A stretch of 30,962 nucleotides of DNA, taken from the UHGV virus genome UHGV-1558343; one strand, given 5' to 3'. A program made the position numbers and the translations under genes. Below are positions 1 to 9,540 of this stretch, piece after piece; within the stretch, counting starts at the first letter, position 1; every line of letters begins with the position of its first letter. Under the pieces are notes generated by a model. The model did not search any database and had not been told where the DNA came from. It saw only the letters and a program-made list of their open reading frames with translations. The stretch is from a virus.

Positions 1-160
1 TAAGAGCTTTGATGGCTGCTTTCTTTTCATCCTTTCCAGATTCTAGATAGAACCACTCTAGCACAGACTGCTCAATAAGAATTTCATCATTATTGGTGTC
101 TGTGCAGAGGATTCTTACTCTATCAAGAGGGTTATTGGCTGGGGGGCCCGTATAACACAT
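1..160 (-). CDS. hypothetical protein, N-terminal part only (runs off window start); possibly a head-completion gene downstream of the capsid gene
   Basis: ATG at 158-160 with AAGGAGG-like SD just upstream on minus strand; frame open to position 1; absent from ORF track because truncated. Confidence 0.35.
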   Translation of the reverse strand, partial: MCYTGPPANNPLDRVRILCTDTNNDEILIEQSVLEWFYLESGKDEKKAAIKAL

Positions 161-181
161 TTATAACCCTCCTTAAGAATA

Positions 182-1285
182 TTAGCCTCTAGCGTCAGCG
201 CGAACATCTACCAGCAACTGAGGACGAGTGCAGTATGGCAGCATGTAAGAGTGAGCTTCGAAGTCAATACCTTCGTCACGGTCTTTTTCGTATTCAAATA
301 CGTACAGTTCCTGACCAAGTGTATTTGCATAACCCATCTTAGGACATGGGCCATATGCCACTTCGAAGATGTTGTTAGCTTCACCCAGCATAGATACGTT
401 AGGGAAAGCATGACCAACACCAACAGTGTCTGCTACGCTGTCAATGCTCACCAGAGTATGAACCTTACCACGCTTGTCTTTGAACTTACCGTTGTACTGG
501 ACAAACTTAACACCACCGTAGTAGAAAGTATTCATATGAGCCTGAACGCCGTCAGTACCACCAGTTCTCAGAGAACCAGTAATCTGTTGCCAAGCCAGCG
601 GAGTCTGCTGTGCAAGATAAGCGTCACGAATCTTAGGATGCTTAACCAGTTTGCTGAAGAATACACGGTCAACAACTACGTGAATTTCTTCGCCGTTGAT
701 TACAGTGCCAGTCTTAGCTTCGTCTTCCATGTGCATACGCAGTTCTTCGATAGAAGCGTCGATGTCAGCATTAGGGTTGGCAAGGTCGAAGTAAACAGTC
801 TTCTTCTCAACGTCGAACTGCTTGTACAGGTCAGCGTATAGAGTACCACGAGCATCAACAACTTTACCCTTCAGGGCTTGCATAAACAGGAACTCACGAG
901 TAATATCGAACTTGGTACGAATCTTCATCAGCTTCTTAGCACGTACTACAGCTTCAGTAGTCAGTTCGTTTGCAGTGCCTGGCTGACGTACACCCTGAAT
1001 CTCATCAGGAGTAATGCTTTCAACTTCTTTGAAGTACATCATTGGGAAGCTGATTTGACGAACACGCTCAGGTGCGCTAGTCTCTGCTTTACGGCTATCA
1101 CGGTCTACCGCATCAAGCAAGCTAACATCCCAATCAGTCAAGTCCATAAGGAAAGTGGTTTGGGTGATTGGTGCTGAACGGAACAGACCTAAGTTGGAAA
1201 TATACCCATAAGTATTTGGGATAGACTGGACTTCACCAGTCAGGTCAGCAAGGAAAAATCTGCTTTTTTCAGAATTAGTCAACAT
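182..1285 (-). CDS. major capsid protein (lambda gpE-like)
   Basis: 367 aa ORF, ATG with GGAG SD; last gene of terminase-portal-protease-decoration-capsid order; size and position fit a gpE-type capsid protein. Confidence 0.7.
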   Translation of the reverse strand: MLTNSEKSRFFLADLTGEVQSIPNTYGYISNLGLFRSAPITQTTFLMDLTDWDVSLLDAVDRDSRKAETSAPERVRQISFPMMYFKEVESITPDEIQGVRQPGTANELTTEAVVRAKKLMKIRTKFDITREFLFMQALKGKVVDARGTLYADLYKQFDVEKKTVYFDLANPNADIDASIEELRMHMEDEAKTGTVINGEEIHVVVDRVFFSKLVKHPKIRDAYLAQQTPLAWQQITGSLRTGGTDGVQAHMNTFYYGGVKFVQYNGKFKDKRGKVHTLVSIDSVADTVGVGHAFPNVSMLGEANNIFEVAYGPCPKMGYANTLGQELYVFEYEKDRDEGIDFEAHSYMLPYCTRPQLLVDVRADARG

Positions 1286-1318
1286 TGTAAAATTCTCCAG
1301 AATGTCTTATTATTGTTA

Positions 1319-1696
1319 TTACAGGCCAGTTGGTACGAAATCAATACCTTTAGCAGCCAGAGCCTTCTTGACTTCATCAGCATTGACGCTTGATTCAAGT
1401 TTAAGCATGTCTTTTAGTTCTGCGTCGCGGTAAATACCAACAACTTTCAACTGACCGTGGTAAGACAGTTGCAGGTCTGCGTAGAAATTAACGATACATA
1501 CCGAATCAGCCTGAGCTTCTTGCCCTGCTGTAACCTTAGTACCATCTGCTTTCAGAACTTCACCTACACGGTATTCTGTTGAAGCAACCGGAGTGTACTC
1601 TTTACGAGAGTGGCCTGTTGGGGTAATCTGTTCCCAAAGAATGATATCATTCAGAGGTTCTCTGTTACCTAACTTAGTAAAACCTTGATATGCCAT
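1319..1696 (-). CDS. head decoration protein (gpD-like), putative
   Basis: 125 aa ORF between protease/scaffold and capsid genes, the position of lambda gpD; assignment by synteny and size only. Confidence 0.5.
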   Translation of the reverse strand: MAYQGFTKLGNREPLNDIILWEQITPTGHSRKEYTPVASTEYRVGEVLKADGTKVTAGQEAQADSVCIVNFYADLQLSYHGQLKVVGIYRDAELKDMLKLESSVNADEVKKALAAKGIDFVPTGL

Positions 1697-1707
1697 TATT
1701 GTGTTCC

Positions 1708-3054
1708 TTATTTGATAAGAGATTTTAGAGCATTCTGGAGAGCCAGTTTGCGTTGTTCAGCGGTGTCTTCGGAAGCATTCTTAGCTGGTTCTTTTTCTTC
1801 TTCAACCAAATCAGCTTCGCCGTCATTACCCACTTCTTCCATAGCGTTGGAATGTTCAAGAACAGCACCAGCAGTTTCTTTCAGCTTGGTAATTTCTGAT
1901 TCTTTTTCTTCCATTGCAGAAGCATGGGACGCGATAGTTTCATTAAGTTTCTGGTTAGCACCTTCCATAGCATTCATAAACAGAACACTCAGAGGGTTGT
2001 CAAGACCAGCACCTAAAATAGTCGTTGCAGCTTCTTTTGCATCAAATCCAAAAGCTTCAGCAGAAGCAGAAATCTTATTAGTCAAATCTGACAAAGCAGC
2101 TTCCTGTTCTTTAGCTTTCATTTGAGCAACCTGAAGACGCAAAGCTTCTAGTTCTTGCTTTTCTTGTTCAGTCATTTCTTCACCTGAATTGTTAACGTTT
2201 AAACTTACAGGAGCCTCTTCAGAACCTTGTAAGTAATTTAAGAAATCATCTTGAGACATGATTGAGTTAATTAAACCAAGTTCAAGAGCTTCCTGAGCAG
2301 AATAAACATTCGCCTCAGTATTCTTTACAGCTTCTTCAGAGAGATTACGAGATTCGGCTACAAAACCTGTAAAGGTTGCGTAGGTATCATTAATTCTCTT
2401 TTGAAGTCTTTCTTTGCTTTCTTCTGAAAGTACTTGGAATGGTGAACCCATACCTTTAAACTCACCAGCTTTGATGACATTAATTGTTACGCCATCCTTT
2501 TCAAATGCCTTAGTTAATTCCTGATGAATCATAATCACACCAATAGAACCAACCTCTGCATCTGGTGATGCAATAATTTCTTCAGCAGAAGATGCAAGAG
2601 CGTATGCAGCGGAACAAGCGAACTCATCTACATAAGCAATAATTTTCTTTTGGCCTCTTGAAGCCATAATGTGACGTGCTAATTCAAAGCAACCTGAAGC
2701 TTCACCACCACCAGAATCAATGTGCAGAACAATAGTCTTAATTGACTCATCTGCTAAAGCTTCGTCAAAGCCTCTACGCAAACCTTCATAAGAGCTTAAT
2801 CCACCTGTACACATTGCATCAATGAATGTCATACGATGGGTTAAACCGCCCATAATAGGGATAATAGCAATGTCATCTTTTACTTTTAAAAGACTTCTTG
2901 CATCACCTTTGGGTTTATCAAAGTTTACTGCTGCTTGGACATCACCCAGTAATCTGTTATTTACATAAGTTGCTGCTGAGTGAGCTAATGATTCAGTGGC
3001 TAGTAAAGGTTGGTTGAATAATCTATCAGCAAGTCTGAAGATATTCGAACTCAT
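1708..3054 (-). CDS. prohead protease (S49/ClpP-like) fused to scaffold-like C-terminal domain
   Basis: 448 aa; N-terminal half has an SppA/ClpP-like segment (IDSGGGEASG ... AYVDEFACSAAYALASSAEEIIASPDAEVGSIGVIM); C-terminal half is E/K/A-rich and coiled-coil-like. Confidence 0.8.
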   Translation of the reverse strand: MSSNIFRLADRLFNQPLLATESLAHSAATYVNNRLLGDVQAAVNFDKPKGDARSLLKVKDDIAIIPIMGGLTHRMTFIDAMCTGGLSSYEGLRRGFDEALADESIKTIVLHIDSGGGEASGCFELARHIMASRGQKKIIAYVDEFACSAAYALASSAEEIIASPDAEVGSIGVIMIHQELTKAFEKDGVTINVIKAGEFKGMGSPFQVLSEESKERLQKRINDTYATFTGFVAESRNLSEEAVKNTEANVYSAQEALELGLINSIMSQDDFLNYLQGSEEAPVSLNVNNSGEEMTEQEKQELEALRLQVAQMKAKEQEAALSDLTNKISASAEAFGFDAKEAATTILGAGLDNPLSVLFMNAMEGANQKLNETIASHASAMEEKESEITKLKETAGAVLEHSNAMEEVGNDGEADLVEEEKEPAKNASEDTAEQRKLALQNALKSLIK

Positions 3055-3065
3055 TTTTACTCACC

Positions 3066-3398
3066 CTATTTGTTTAAATCTACAGAGACTGAAGAGATAA
3101 CATAGATACCTTCTTCAGCAAAGAATTGAGGTTTACTAAGAGCACCAGTTGCCACGCATTTATCGTTAGCATCCCACAAGCTATAGTGTGAGACCGTTGC
3201 AGAAGCTGGAACAGTAATATTAACTGTATCTTCTGAGGCAATTAAGCCATTATCCGGTTCAGAAAAATAAATAGCCACTGGCTTAGTAACCTTATTTGCT
3301 GTAGGGTCTGCCGTTGGGTCTACATTGTGTAAAATAATAGTCTTTGGGGTTAGCGTGGCGAGGATTTTATTCTTACCATCAATAGTTAATGTTCCCAT
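3066..3398 (-). CDS. hypothetical protein
   Basis: 110 aa ORF; stop/start overlap (TAATG) with upstream gene indicates translational coupling. Confidence 0.5.
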   Translation of the reverse strand: MGTLTIDGKNKILATLTPKTIILHNVDPTADPTANKVTKPVAIYFSEPDNGLIASEDTVNITVPASATVSHYSLWDANDKCVATGALSKPQFFAEEGIYVISSVSVDLNK

Positions 3399-3898
3399 TA
3401 ATTAAACCTTACTTTTTGTTTAAGGACTGTTGAATGGTTACCAGATTCATCTACCACATTTACAATCATATCATATACTTTACCTTTGACAAGTACTTTG
3501 TAATCATTTTGTGAAAAAATGTATTCAAGTCTGTTTGTTTCTTTATTAACTGTCATTGGAGATTGAAATGCAGTGTCGAGGGTAATGAAAGCGGCTTCAA
3601 TGCTCTTAACATTGATACGTTTATTCTCGCAGTTATATAACTTTACACCCAAAAGGCATGAACTGTCAAATGGAATTTTAACAATTTCACTACAATTTCC
3701 TGAAATAAACGGTTTTCCACTCATTGGTGCATCAAGTAACCTACAAATAGTGAAAACGTCAGAGGTTCCACCATCACTTACATAACCTGAAAGGCTGACC
3801 CTTGAGCCAGCCTCTACAGATAATTTGTCAGTAATGATAAGAACACCTCTATACGAATGCACTCGTGTAGCATTTGGAATAGAGATAACTTCAGCCAT
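3398..3898 (-). CDS. hypothetical protein
   Basis: 166 aa ORF; its ATG overlaps the portal stop (TAATG). Confidence 0.5.
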   Translation of the reverse strand: MAEVISIPNATRVHSYRGVLIITDKLSVEAGSRVSLSGYVSDGGTSDVFTICRLLDAPMSGKPFISGNCSEIVKIPFDSSCLLGVKLYNCENKRINVKSIEAAFITLDTAFQSPMTVNKETNRLEYIFSQNDYKVLVKGKVYDMIVNVVDESGNHSTVLKQKVRFN

Positions 3899-5364
3899 TA
3901 TTTATTTGCCTTGTTTGCTGTGCTTGGGTCTTTCGCTGAAGGTGTCTTTGCAGTACCTTCTCCAGCGGTCTTATAACCATCTCCTGAACGGCTTTGGCTA
4001 TTTGGAGAAAGCTTTTCAGATACTGGCTGAGACTCATCAGCAGGAGGAAGACCAATATGCTCTCTAAGCTTGTTAGATAGCTCTTTGTCAACTTCCAAAG
4101 CACCTACTGCAACAGTCTTCTGGATATAAGAACCAATTGCTTCAAGGTCTGGAGTTTCGATATCATCATAAGTGATTTGTACATGTTCTTCATCGTCCCA
4201 CATATTAAGAGCATAAGTCTGTGCAACTAAATCACGGTTAATTACGTTCTTAATTTGCTTCAGCAGGATGTCTACCGACATCGCTAGTAAGCTTGTCTTA
4301 GAATCTGCAAGAGAGAATGAACCATATTTTGACTGACCCATAGCAAGAATATCTGACATAAATGCCATCATAATCTGCTTGGAATATCTGTCAATAATAG
4401 AGCCTGTATCGTATGCTTTAGCACCCTGTCTAGAAACTAATGAGAACTCGAAAATATCCTCTTTAGTGTCTGGGTCGATATATCTAGGCCAGATTAAACC
4501 TGCTCTGTCATTAGCAATCATATCGTTAACAACAGTTTTGCAGTATTGTACGAAAGCTTTCTTTTCAGGTTCTGCATTTTCATCCAGATAATCTGGTGGT
4601 AAACCAATTTTTGGCATACCTACCAAGTCTCTTGAAACACCGACTGCTTCGTACTCTTCAATCTGAACTTTATACTTCCACGGCACATAGGCATTAAGTA
4701 ATGGTGAACGACCTTCTGGGTTTCCATATTCATCGTCATACTTAAACAGCATGAATTTAGCTCGTGGGAGTTTTCTTGTTAGTGGTCTTTCTCCAAGATT
4801 AATTGCTCCAGCAATATGTGAAACATTTCTCAGATTCTGTCTGACACCAGTAACTTTTCTAAAGTCTTCGTCAAAATACCACTTATCAAGTGTTGATTGG
4901 TTTCTGATTGGTAATTTAGCCCATCCAATTAGACCATCATCAAATTTAGACTGGTACTTTCCTTTTTTACCCTGACGTTTTTTATAAACCTTCTCATTAA
5001 CACAGAACCCATAAGTGCAGAATGACATTACAGAGTTAATAAAATCTGCCCAATCATGCTCCATGTCATCCATTAAAGAATTAAAGAAGTCTGCTCTTTC
5101 AAGCATTTTAGGGTCTTGCTCTTTTCCCTTTGGAGGTACGAATCTCCAGTTGACTTTTCTGACAAACATCTTAATAATATTTACAGATGCTGCTACAGCA
5201 GGGTCACGCATCATTAATTGGAAAGTTTTAATACTTTCAGGGAACCTTAGTGCCTGACGAGGTTCTTCATAGATTCTTCCATTCTTAACCTTCAGACCCA
5301 AAGAACCTACTTCACCCATTCTAAATGGTGGTAAGCTTTCTTGTGTTTCTGTAATATCTGCCAT
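3898..5364 (-). CDS. portal protein
   Basis: about 488 aa ORF directly downstream of terminase large subunit; ORF track starts at a GTG (5373), ATG at 5362-5364 with AGGTGA SD is the likelier start. Confidence 0.7.
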   Translation of the reverse strand: MADITETQESLPPFRMGEVGSLGLKVKNGRIYEEPRQALRFPESIKTFQLMMRDPAVAASVNIIKMFVRKVNWRFVPPKGKEQDPKMLERADFFNSLMDDMEHDWADFINSVMSFCTYGFCVNEKVYKKRQGKKGKYQSKFDDGLIGWAKLPIRNQSTLDKWYFDEDFRKVTGVRQNLRNVSHIAGAINLGERPLTRKLPRAKFMLFKYDDEYGNPEGRSPLLNAYVPWKYKVQIEEYEAVGVSRDLVGMPKIGLPPDYLDENAEPEKKAFVQYCKTVVNDMIANDRAGLIWPRYIDPDTKEDIFEFSLVSRQGAKAYDTGSIIDRYSKQIMMAFMSDILAMGQSKYGSFSLADSKTSLLAMSVDILLKQIKNVINRDLVAQTYALNMWDDEEHVQITYDDIETPDLEAIGSYIQKTVAVGALEVDKELSNKLREHIGLPPADESQPVSEKLSPNSQSRSGDGYKTAGEGTAKTPSAKDPSTANKANK

Positions 5365-5380
5365 TCTTCTCACCTAGCTA

Positions 5381-6982
5381 TCAACGTCTAAGCCCCTCAT
5401 ATGGGTTTCCTCTCACTAAGTCTGTGTGAGCACCCATTGATGGTGGCTTGAATAATTTAACTTCGTTAAGACTGTTGAAAGCATCACTGGTAGCATCCAC
5501 TTGGTCATCTTTAGTTTTGCCATCACCACAAAAGCCTTCAAGCTCTTGAAAGTAAGCTTCATTCCAACTACCTCTCAAGACTTTTACAAGTCCAGCTTCA
5601 GAAGCAGCAGAAAATCCCGCAAAGCGGGTAACTTTATCTTTATTTGTTGGTTTAGCTCTTGCACGATAGCCTTTCTCGGCAAGTTTCCTGATGAGGGATG
5701 TTGCGTAGGATTTACCAGCAGCGCCTGGGTCTTGAGGGATAAAAATACCAGTTCGCTTACCGTCACTTTCAGCAGTCAAATTAATTTGTGTTTCGACTCC
5801 AGAGGGTCTATCTCTAAATCTTACTACATCAATGATATAATAGCAACCGTCTTTTTTAGATTTACCCATCTTAACACCTGCTGTCCAGTCTGGATTAGGG
5901 TTAACCTCAGATGGTAAAGTTGCTGCTAAGTCCCATGCTCTAACATCAAATACATCTTCTGGGAGTGAATCAACAATTTCACACCATTGTCTTTGCCAAT
6001 AGTTTGAACCTTCTGCACGAGCCTTCCAGTTACCGAAACGAAGTCTTGCAACGTTTACAGGAGTGTTGTTTTCAAGCTTACCGCGATACTTTGGCTCTAA
6101 GAAGTCAAGAATTGGGTTATCATCAATCGTACCAGAGATGAAGGTGTATGTTTGAGGAATCTCAAGAGGGAACATTTCAAGAATCTTGTCTCTCTCCCAA
6201 TCAGAAACCATCACACCATCATTCATTACATACCAACGAATACGACCACACTTTTCAGGGTCTGGGTAACCTTCTTCATCTAAGAATGGTTCTACCCAAT
6301 CGTAAATAAAGTGGTCTCTGTCTGGGTTCATGGAAATCTTCATGTATGAATCACCTTCAGCACCAGAACGTAGACGGGTTTGTAGGTATGAAATCTGTGA
6401 AGCAGAGAAGTGTGTACCTTCGTCAAAGTAAATAGCTGAGTATTCAATACCCTGATGACCTTCAGCGTGCTTTTCAAGCTCTAGGTAGGTAAACTTGATA
6501 GTTGCCCCAGAAGGGAATGTGATAGTCATTTTCTGCTCGTGAGGAATCCCACCAAACTTACCAAATAGTTTCTTTGCAGCAGGCCATAAACCACCTTGTA
6601 ACTGTGTTGTATTTCGACGGAAATATACAGCATTATAGTTAGGGTCTTCAATAAATCTTAAAGAGTCCATTAACAATGCAGCAGTTTTACCAGCACCAGC
6701 AGCACCACCATAAAGAACCAAGTCAGCATTAGTATTTAAAAAGACCTCTTGAGAACCCGGCTGAGGGGCTACATAGTTCTTATCAGTCATCAATTTAAAG
6801 ATGAGGCGAACTTGGTCTGGTGTGTATCTTAATAAAGTCAGAATTTGAGTTGGAAGGAATTTAGAGGGGTCTTTACCGAATGATTTAATAATTTCTTTTA
6901 CTTCATCAGAAAGCCCCAACTCTCCAGCTAGGACTTTCCTAACATCTTCCACTCGCTTCTGCTTAACAGCATTTAAGTCCAT
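5381..6982 (-). CDS. terminase large subunit
   Basis: Walker A motif GGAAGAGKT in N-terminal ATPase region; about 533 aa; ORF track starts at TTG (6997), ATG at 6980-6982 with GGAGG SD is the likelier start. Confidence 0.85.
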   Translation of the reverse strand: MDLNAVKQKRVEDVRKVLAGELGLSDEVKEIIKSFGKDPSKFLPTQILTLLRYTPDQVRLIFKLMTDKNYVAPQPGSQEVFLNTNADLVLYGGAAGAGKTAALLMDSLRFIEDPNYNAVYFRRNTTQLQGGLWPAAKKLFGKFGGIPHEQKMTITFPSGATIKFTYLELEKHAEGHQGIEYSAIYFDEGTHFSASQISYLQTRLRSGAEGDSYMKISMNPDRDHFIYDWVEPFLDEEGYPDPEKCGRIRWYVMNDGVMVSDWERDKILEMFPLEIPQTYTFISGTIDDNPILDFLEPKYRGKLENNTPVNVARLRFGNWKARAEGSNYWQRQWCEIVDSLPEDVFDVRAWDLAATLPSEVNPNPDWTAGVKMGKSKKDGCYYIIDVVRFRDRPSGVETQINLTAESDGKRTGIFIPQDPGAAGKSYATSLIRKLAEKGYRARAKPTNKDKVTRFAGFSAASEAGLVKVLRGSWNEAYFQELEGFCGDGKTKDDQVDATSDAFNSLNEVKLFKPPSMGAHTDLVRGNPYEGLRR

Positions 6983-7003
6983 TAAGCGCCTCCGCAAATA
7001 GAA

Positions 7004-7204
7004 TTATTCAGAGTCTGTAGCAGTCTCTTCTTTCTTAACTTCGAACTTTGCATCAACAGCATCAAGAAGTGCATCCATAGATGCTTCTTTAATATCAATA
7101 CCTGTTGCTACAGATAATCTATCTGCAATTGCCATGATAGTATTCTGCATAAACTCTAACTTCTTGTTAGCTTCATAAAGTTCTTTATAAACGTTCTCGC
7201 TCAT
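7004..7204 (-). CDS. hypothetical small protein upstream of terminase (packaging accessory or small terminase candidate)
   Basis: 66 aa ORF immediately upstream of the terminase large subunit gene; no recognisable motif. Confidence 0.4.
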   Translation of the reverse strand: MSENVYKELYEANKKLEFMQNTIMAIADRLSVATGIDIKEASMDALLDAVDAKFEVKKEETATDSE

Positions 7205-7320
7205 TATGTTTTCTCCAAATAATTAATCTTGTTTCTCCCTTAAAAAAGACGGCACAGAGACCGTCAAGGAGAAACCACAATGTACGTCAGAGACATACTG
7301 TATAAGTCTTCCTATAAAGT

Positions 7321-7390
7321 ATAACTCTGTAAAAAAGCCCTGTCTAAAAATACTCTTCGGTAGCGAAAGGAAGAATACTTATAGCAGGGC
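7321..7390 (-). terminator. long imperfect hairpin followed by U-run on minus strand, downstream of the tRNA array
   Basis: GCCCTG ... CAGGGC arms (7337-7390) enclosing further pairing; minus-strand transcript continues TTTTTTACAG. Confidence 0.5.
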
Positions 7391-7427
7391 ATTATTATTA
7401 TTTTAATTGAGAGAGAGTAAAATAACT

Positions 7428-7503
7428 TGGAGAATCCGAAGGGACTCGAACCCTTATAAACCTGTTTTGCAGACAGGTACATATCCATTTCTGTCACGGA
7501 TTC
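7428..7503 (-). tRNA. tRNA-Cys(GCA)
   Basis: cloverleaf folded by hand; T-loop TTCGAGT, anticodon loop CUGCAAA, 7-bp acceptor stem, CCA encoded. Confidence 0.8.
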
Positions 7504-7507
7504 AAAT

Positions 7508-7600
7508 TGGAGGAAGATACCAGACTTGAACTGGTACACCGATTTCTCAGCTACTGGCAGTTTAGCAAACTGCTCCCTTACCTTTTAGGGTTAATCTTCC
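7508..7600 (-). tRNA. tRNA-Ser(GCU), class II
   Basis: 93 nt; perfect 7-bp acceptor stem GGAAGAT/ATCTTCC; anticodon loop UUGCUAA; long variable arm; CCA encoded. Confidence 0.8.
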
Positions 7601-7601
7601 A

Positions 7602-8336
7602 TTATTTCTGTAATGCGCTCTTCATTTCTGGTGTTGCAATAGTGTCAATCACACCAGTTTTACAAGCATCATCAAACCAGTCTGGTAAGATACCTGCTAA
7701 GAACCCATTGATATTCGTTTTAAGGTACTCTGCAATAAGGGCAGCTTCTTCTTCAATCATCTGCACAACTTCATCTGCATAAGCTGTAATCTTCGAAATA
7801 CCTTCATTAATCTTACTAACAGCTTGGTTAGCTAAATCAGAAATAGTATCAAGACCTTTGTCAATAGCATCTTGTAAGTCACTTAATACATCATTAACAC
7901 CATCTAGTGCGCTGTTAATCGTATCCATAGCTTTTTGACCATACTCTGTAGCAACACCCATAATACCACTAAATGGTGTACAGCCAACTTGCTCCCCTGC
8001 TGCACCCATAACATTAGAATAGCCTTTTGCTACCTGCATACGTGAGGAAAACTCATCAATGGACTTTTGACCATAATCTGTCAGTGTCTTAGTAGTTGAT
8101 GTAGTGCTTGTCAGACTCGTTGTAAAGCTGTTAAGCAGAACTGTTGTAAGTCCAGCAGCAACAAGTTTATCTTTTATTGTAGGGTCTGTTACAGAACTAA
8201 TAGAGCTTACAAGTGATGTAGAGGCAGATACGGTTCCACCGAGAACTGCTGCACCAGTAATAAGTGGGTTAGAAAACCCTTTACCGGTTTTTAAGAGATT
8301 AAAAATCTCCTTACCTTGTTCTGTCATCTCTTTCAT
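7602..8336 (-). CDS. hypothetical Ser/Thr-rich protein embedded in tRNA array
   Basis: ORF 7602..8399 in track; first about 20 codons overlap tRNA-Phe on the same strand, so an internal Met start is likelier; exact start uncertain. Confidence 0.45.
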   Translation of the reverse strand: MKEMTEQGKEIFNLLKTGKGFSNPLITGAAVLGGTVSASTSLVSSISSVTDPTIKDKLVAAGLTTVLLNSFTTSLTSTTSTTKTLTDYGQKSIDEFSSRMQVAKGYSNVMGAAGEQVGCTPFSGIMGVATEYGQKAMDTINSALDGVNDVLSDLQDAIDKGLDTISDLANQAVSKINEGISKITAYADEVVQMIEEEAALIAEYLKTNINGFLAGILPDWFDDACKTGVIDTIATPEMKSALQK

Positions 8337-8352
8337 TAAGCACCTTTGAAAT

Positions 8353-8429
8353 TGGTAGTCCAGTGGGATTTGAACCCTCTTCTCATGTTTTTCAGACACG
8401 CGCTTTAACCATATAAGCTACTTGGACTA
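8353..8429 (-). tRNA. tRNA-Phe(GAA)
   Basis: T-loop TTCAAAT, anticodon loop CUGAAAA; acceptor pairing TAGTCCA/TGGACTA; exact 3' end ambiguous. Confidence 0.7.
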
Positions 8430-8434
8430 TAAAT

Positions 8435-8510
8435 TGGGGTGACCTACGGGATTTGAACCCGTATAGACCATGTTCACAGCATGGGTCATTACCGTTTATG
8501 ATAAGGCCAC
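8435..8510 (-). tRNA. tRNA-His(GUG)
   Basis: anticodon stem CCATG/CATGG, loop CUGUGAA; T-loop TTCAAAT; CCA encoded. Confidence 0.8.
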
Positions 8511-8541
8511 ATTTAAGGACTCTCGTAAGAACCCTTAGAAG

Positions 8542-8617
8542 TGGCAGCGGCATAAGGATTTGAACCTTAATAGGACAGCTTCAGAGACTGTTGCATTGCC
8601 AGTTATGCTATACCGCT
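8542..8617 (-). tRNA. tRNA-Gln(CUG)
   Basis: D-stem GCAT/ATGC, anticodon loop CUCUGAA, T-loop TTCAAAT, CCA encoded. Confidence 0.7.
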
Positions 8618-8622
8618 AAATT

Positions 8623-8701
8623 TGGTACTCCATATCGGATTCGAACCGATACATAACACAGATTTTAAGTCTGGCCTCTCTGCCAATTGGAGTAATGGAG
8701 C
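8623..8701 (-). tRNA. tRNA with anticodon UAA (Leu-type anticodon; short variable arm)
   Basis: T-arm ATCGG/TTCGAAT/CCGAT; anticodon loop CUUAAAA; acceptor GCTCCAT/ATGGAGT; A73; no long variable arm. Confidence 0.6.
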
Positions 8702-8703
8702 AT

Positions 8704-8779
8704 TGGCGGGGGATGTTGGAATTGAACCAACTTCTTCGATTTCAAAGACCGAGGTTTTAACCTTGTAAACTAATCCCCT
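8704..8779 (-). tRNA. tRNA-Gln(UUG)
   Basis: anticodon stem TCGGT/ATCGA, loop CUUUGAA; T-loop TTCAATT; CCA encoded; 1:72 mismatch. Confidence 0.65.
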
Positions 8780-8787
8780 TTAAATCT

Positions 8788-9345
8788 TTACTTTCTCAGT
8801 GGATGAATAAAGAATGCCAACATAACTCTTTCCCTTGAGAATGCTCTTTCTTCTGGGACAACACTTTTAAGTTTCCATCCAACATAAATTCTCCAGTAAA
8901 ACTGTTTACCAAAGACTTTAATTGATGGGATAAAAGCGAATAACCCCCAAGCATTACTGTTCCACATTAGGAGATAACCAGTCTGATTATCTTCAGGGTT
9001 AGAGCTTACGTTGATATTACCTTTCCACTTAGTAACATCTTTTACATCTCTTCCTAATACATGGTAAGAGAAGTTATAAGCTTTGTTTCTCCAGAGCCAT
9101 CCAACTCTCTGCATGTAGACACCCAGCTTACCAATCTTTCTAATCTTAGCCCATCTTTTAACGTGGCCTTCATCACCATCAATTGGGTTGTCATAGGTCT
9201 CCATCCATCTGAATCCAAAAGGTAGATGTCCTTTCTTCTCACTGTAGAATGGAACTACGAAAGGTGCTAAGATAACTGCTAGGGTTGCTGCAAATGGTTC
9301 TAACAAAGCTAAGAAAATCCATGAAACATATTTTAAGTATCTCAT
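8788..9345 (-). CDS. hypothetical protein with N-terminal hydrophobic segment, embedded in tRNA array
   Basis: 185 aa ORF with ATG and AAGAGG SD; N-terminus WIFLALLEPFAATLAVILAPFVVPF is hydrophobic; Trp-rich. Confidence 0.5.
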   Translation of the reverse strand: MRYLKYVSWIFLALLEPFAATLAVILAPFVVPFYSEKKGHLPFGFRWMETYDNPIDGDEGHVKRWAKIRKIGKLGVYMQRVGWLWRNKAYNFSYHVLGRDVKDVTKWKGNINVSSNPEDNQTGYLLMWNSNAWGLFAFIPSIKVFGKQFYWRIYVGWKLKSVVPEERAFSRERVMLAFFIHPLRK

Positions 9346-9365
9346 CTAAATAGCCTCTTAAAAAA

Positions 9366-9441
9366 TTGGTGCAGGATAAGGGATTCGAACCCCTATTAAC
9401 AGCTTCGTAGACTGTTGCTCTATCCATTTGAACTAATCCTG
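9366..9441 (-). tRNA. tRNA-Arg(ACG)
   Basis: acceptor GCAGGAT/ATCCTGC; anticodon loop CUACGAA; T-loop TTCGAAT; CCA encoded. Confidence 0.8.
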
Positions 9442-9540
9442 CTTACCTACGAGAACACCATACAGTTTTTCACAAACTTTGTTTTTACGTCTGTTTAGAT
9501 ATGAAGCTCTAAACTTTTTTGCGATGGACTTATTACTCAT
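9432..9540 (-). CDS. possible small basic protein (35 aa)
   Basis: ATG at 9538-9540 with AGGAG SD; translates MSNKSIAKKFRASYLNRRKNKVCEKLYGVLVGKQD; 3' end overlaps tRNA-Arg by about 10 nt. Confidence 0.3.

Noticed and set aside
208-5917. Plus-strand and overlapping minus-strand ORFs from the track inside the head/packaging module (208..423, 251..841, 878..1177, 1685..2125, 3573..3785, 3825..4067, 3891..4103, 4379..4591, 4751..4975, 5015..5257, 5501..5917, 5584..5766)
   Set aside because: Each lies entirely within a longer ORF that has clear structural-protein features and coupled starts; they have no ribosome-binding sites and odd composition, so are shadow ORFs.
7205-7320. Promoter for the terminase operon upstream of 7204
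   Set aside because: A TTGACG hexamer is present but no convincing -10 element at proper spacing was found, so not annotated.
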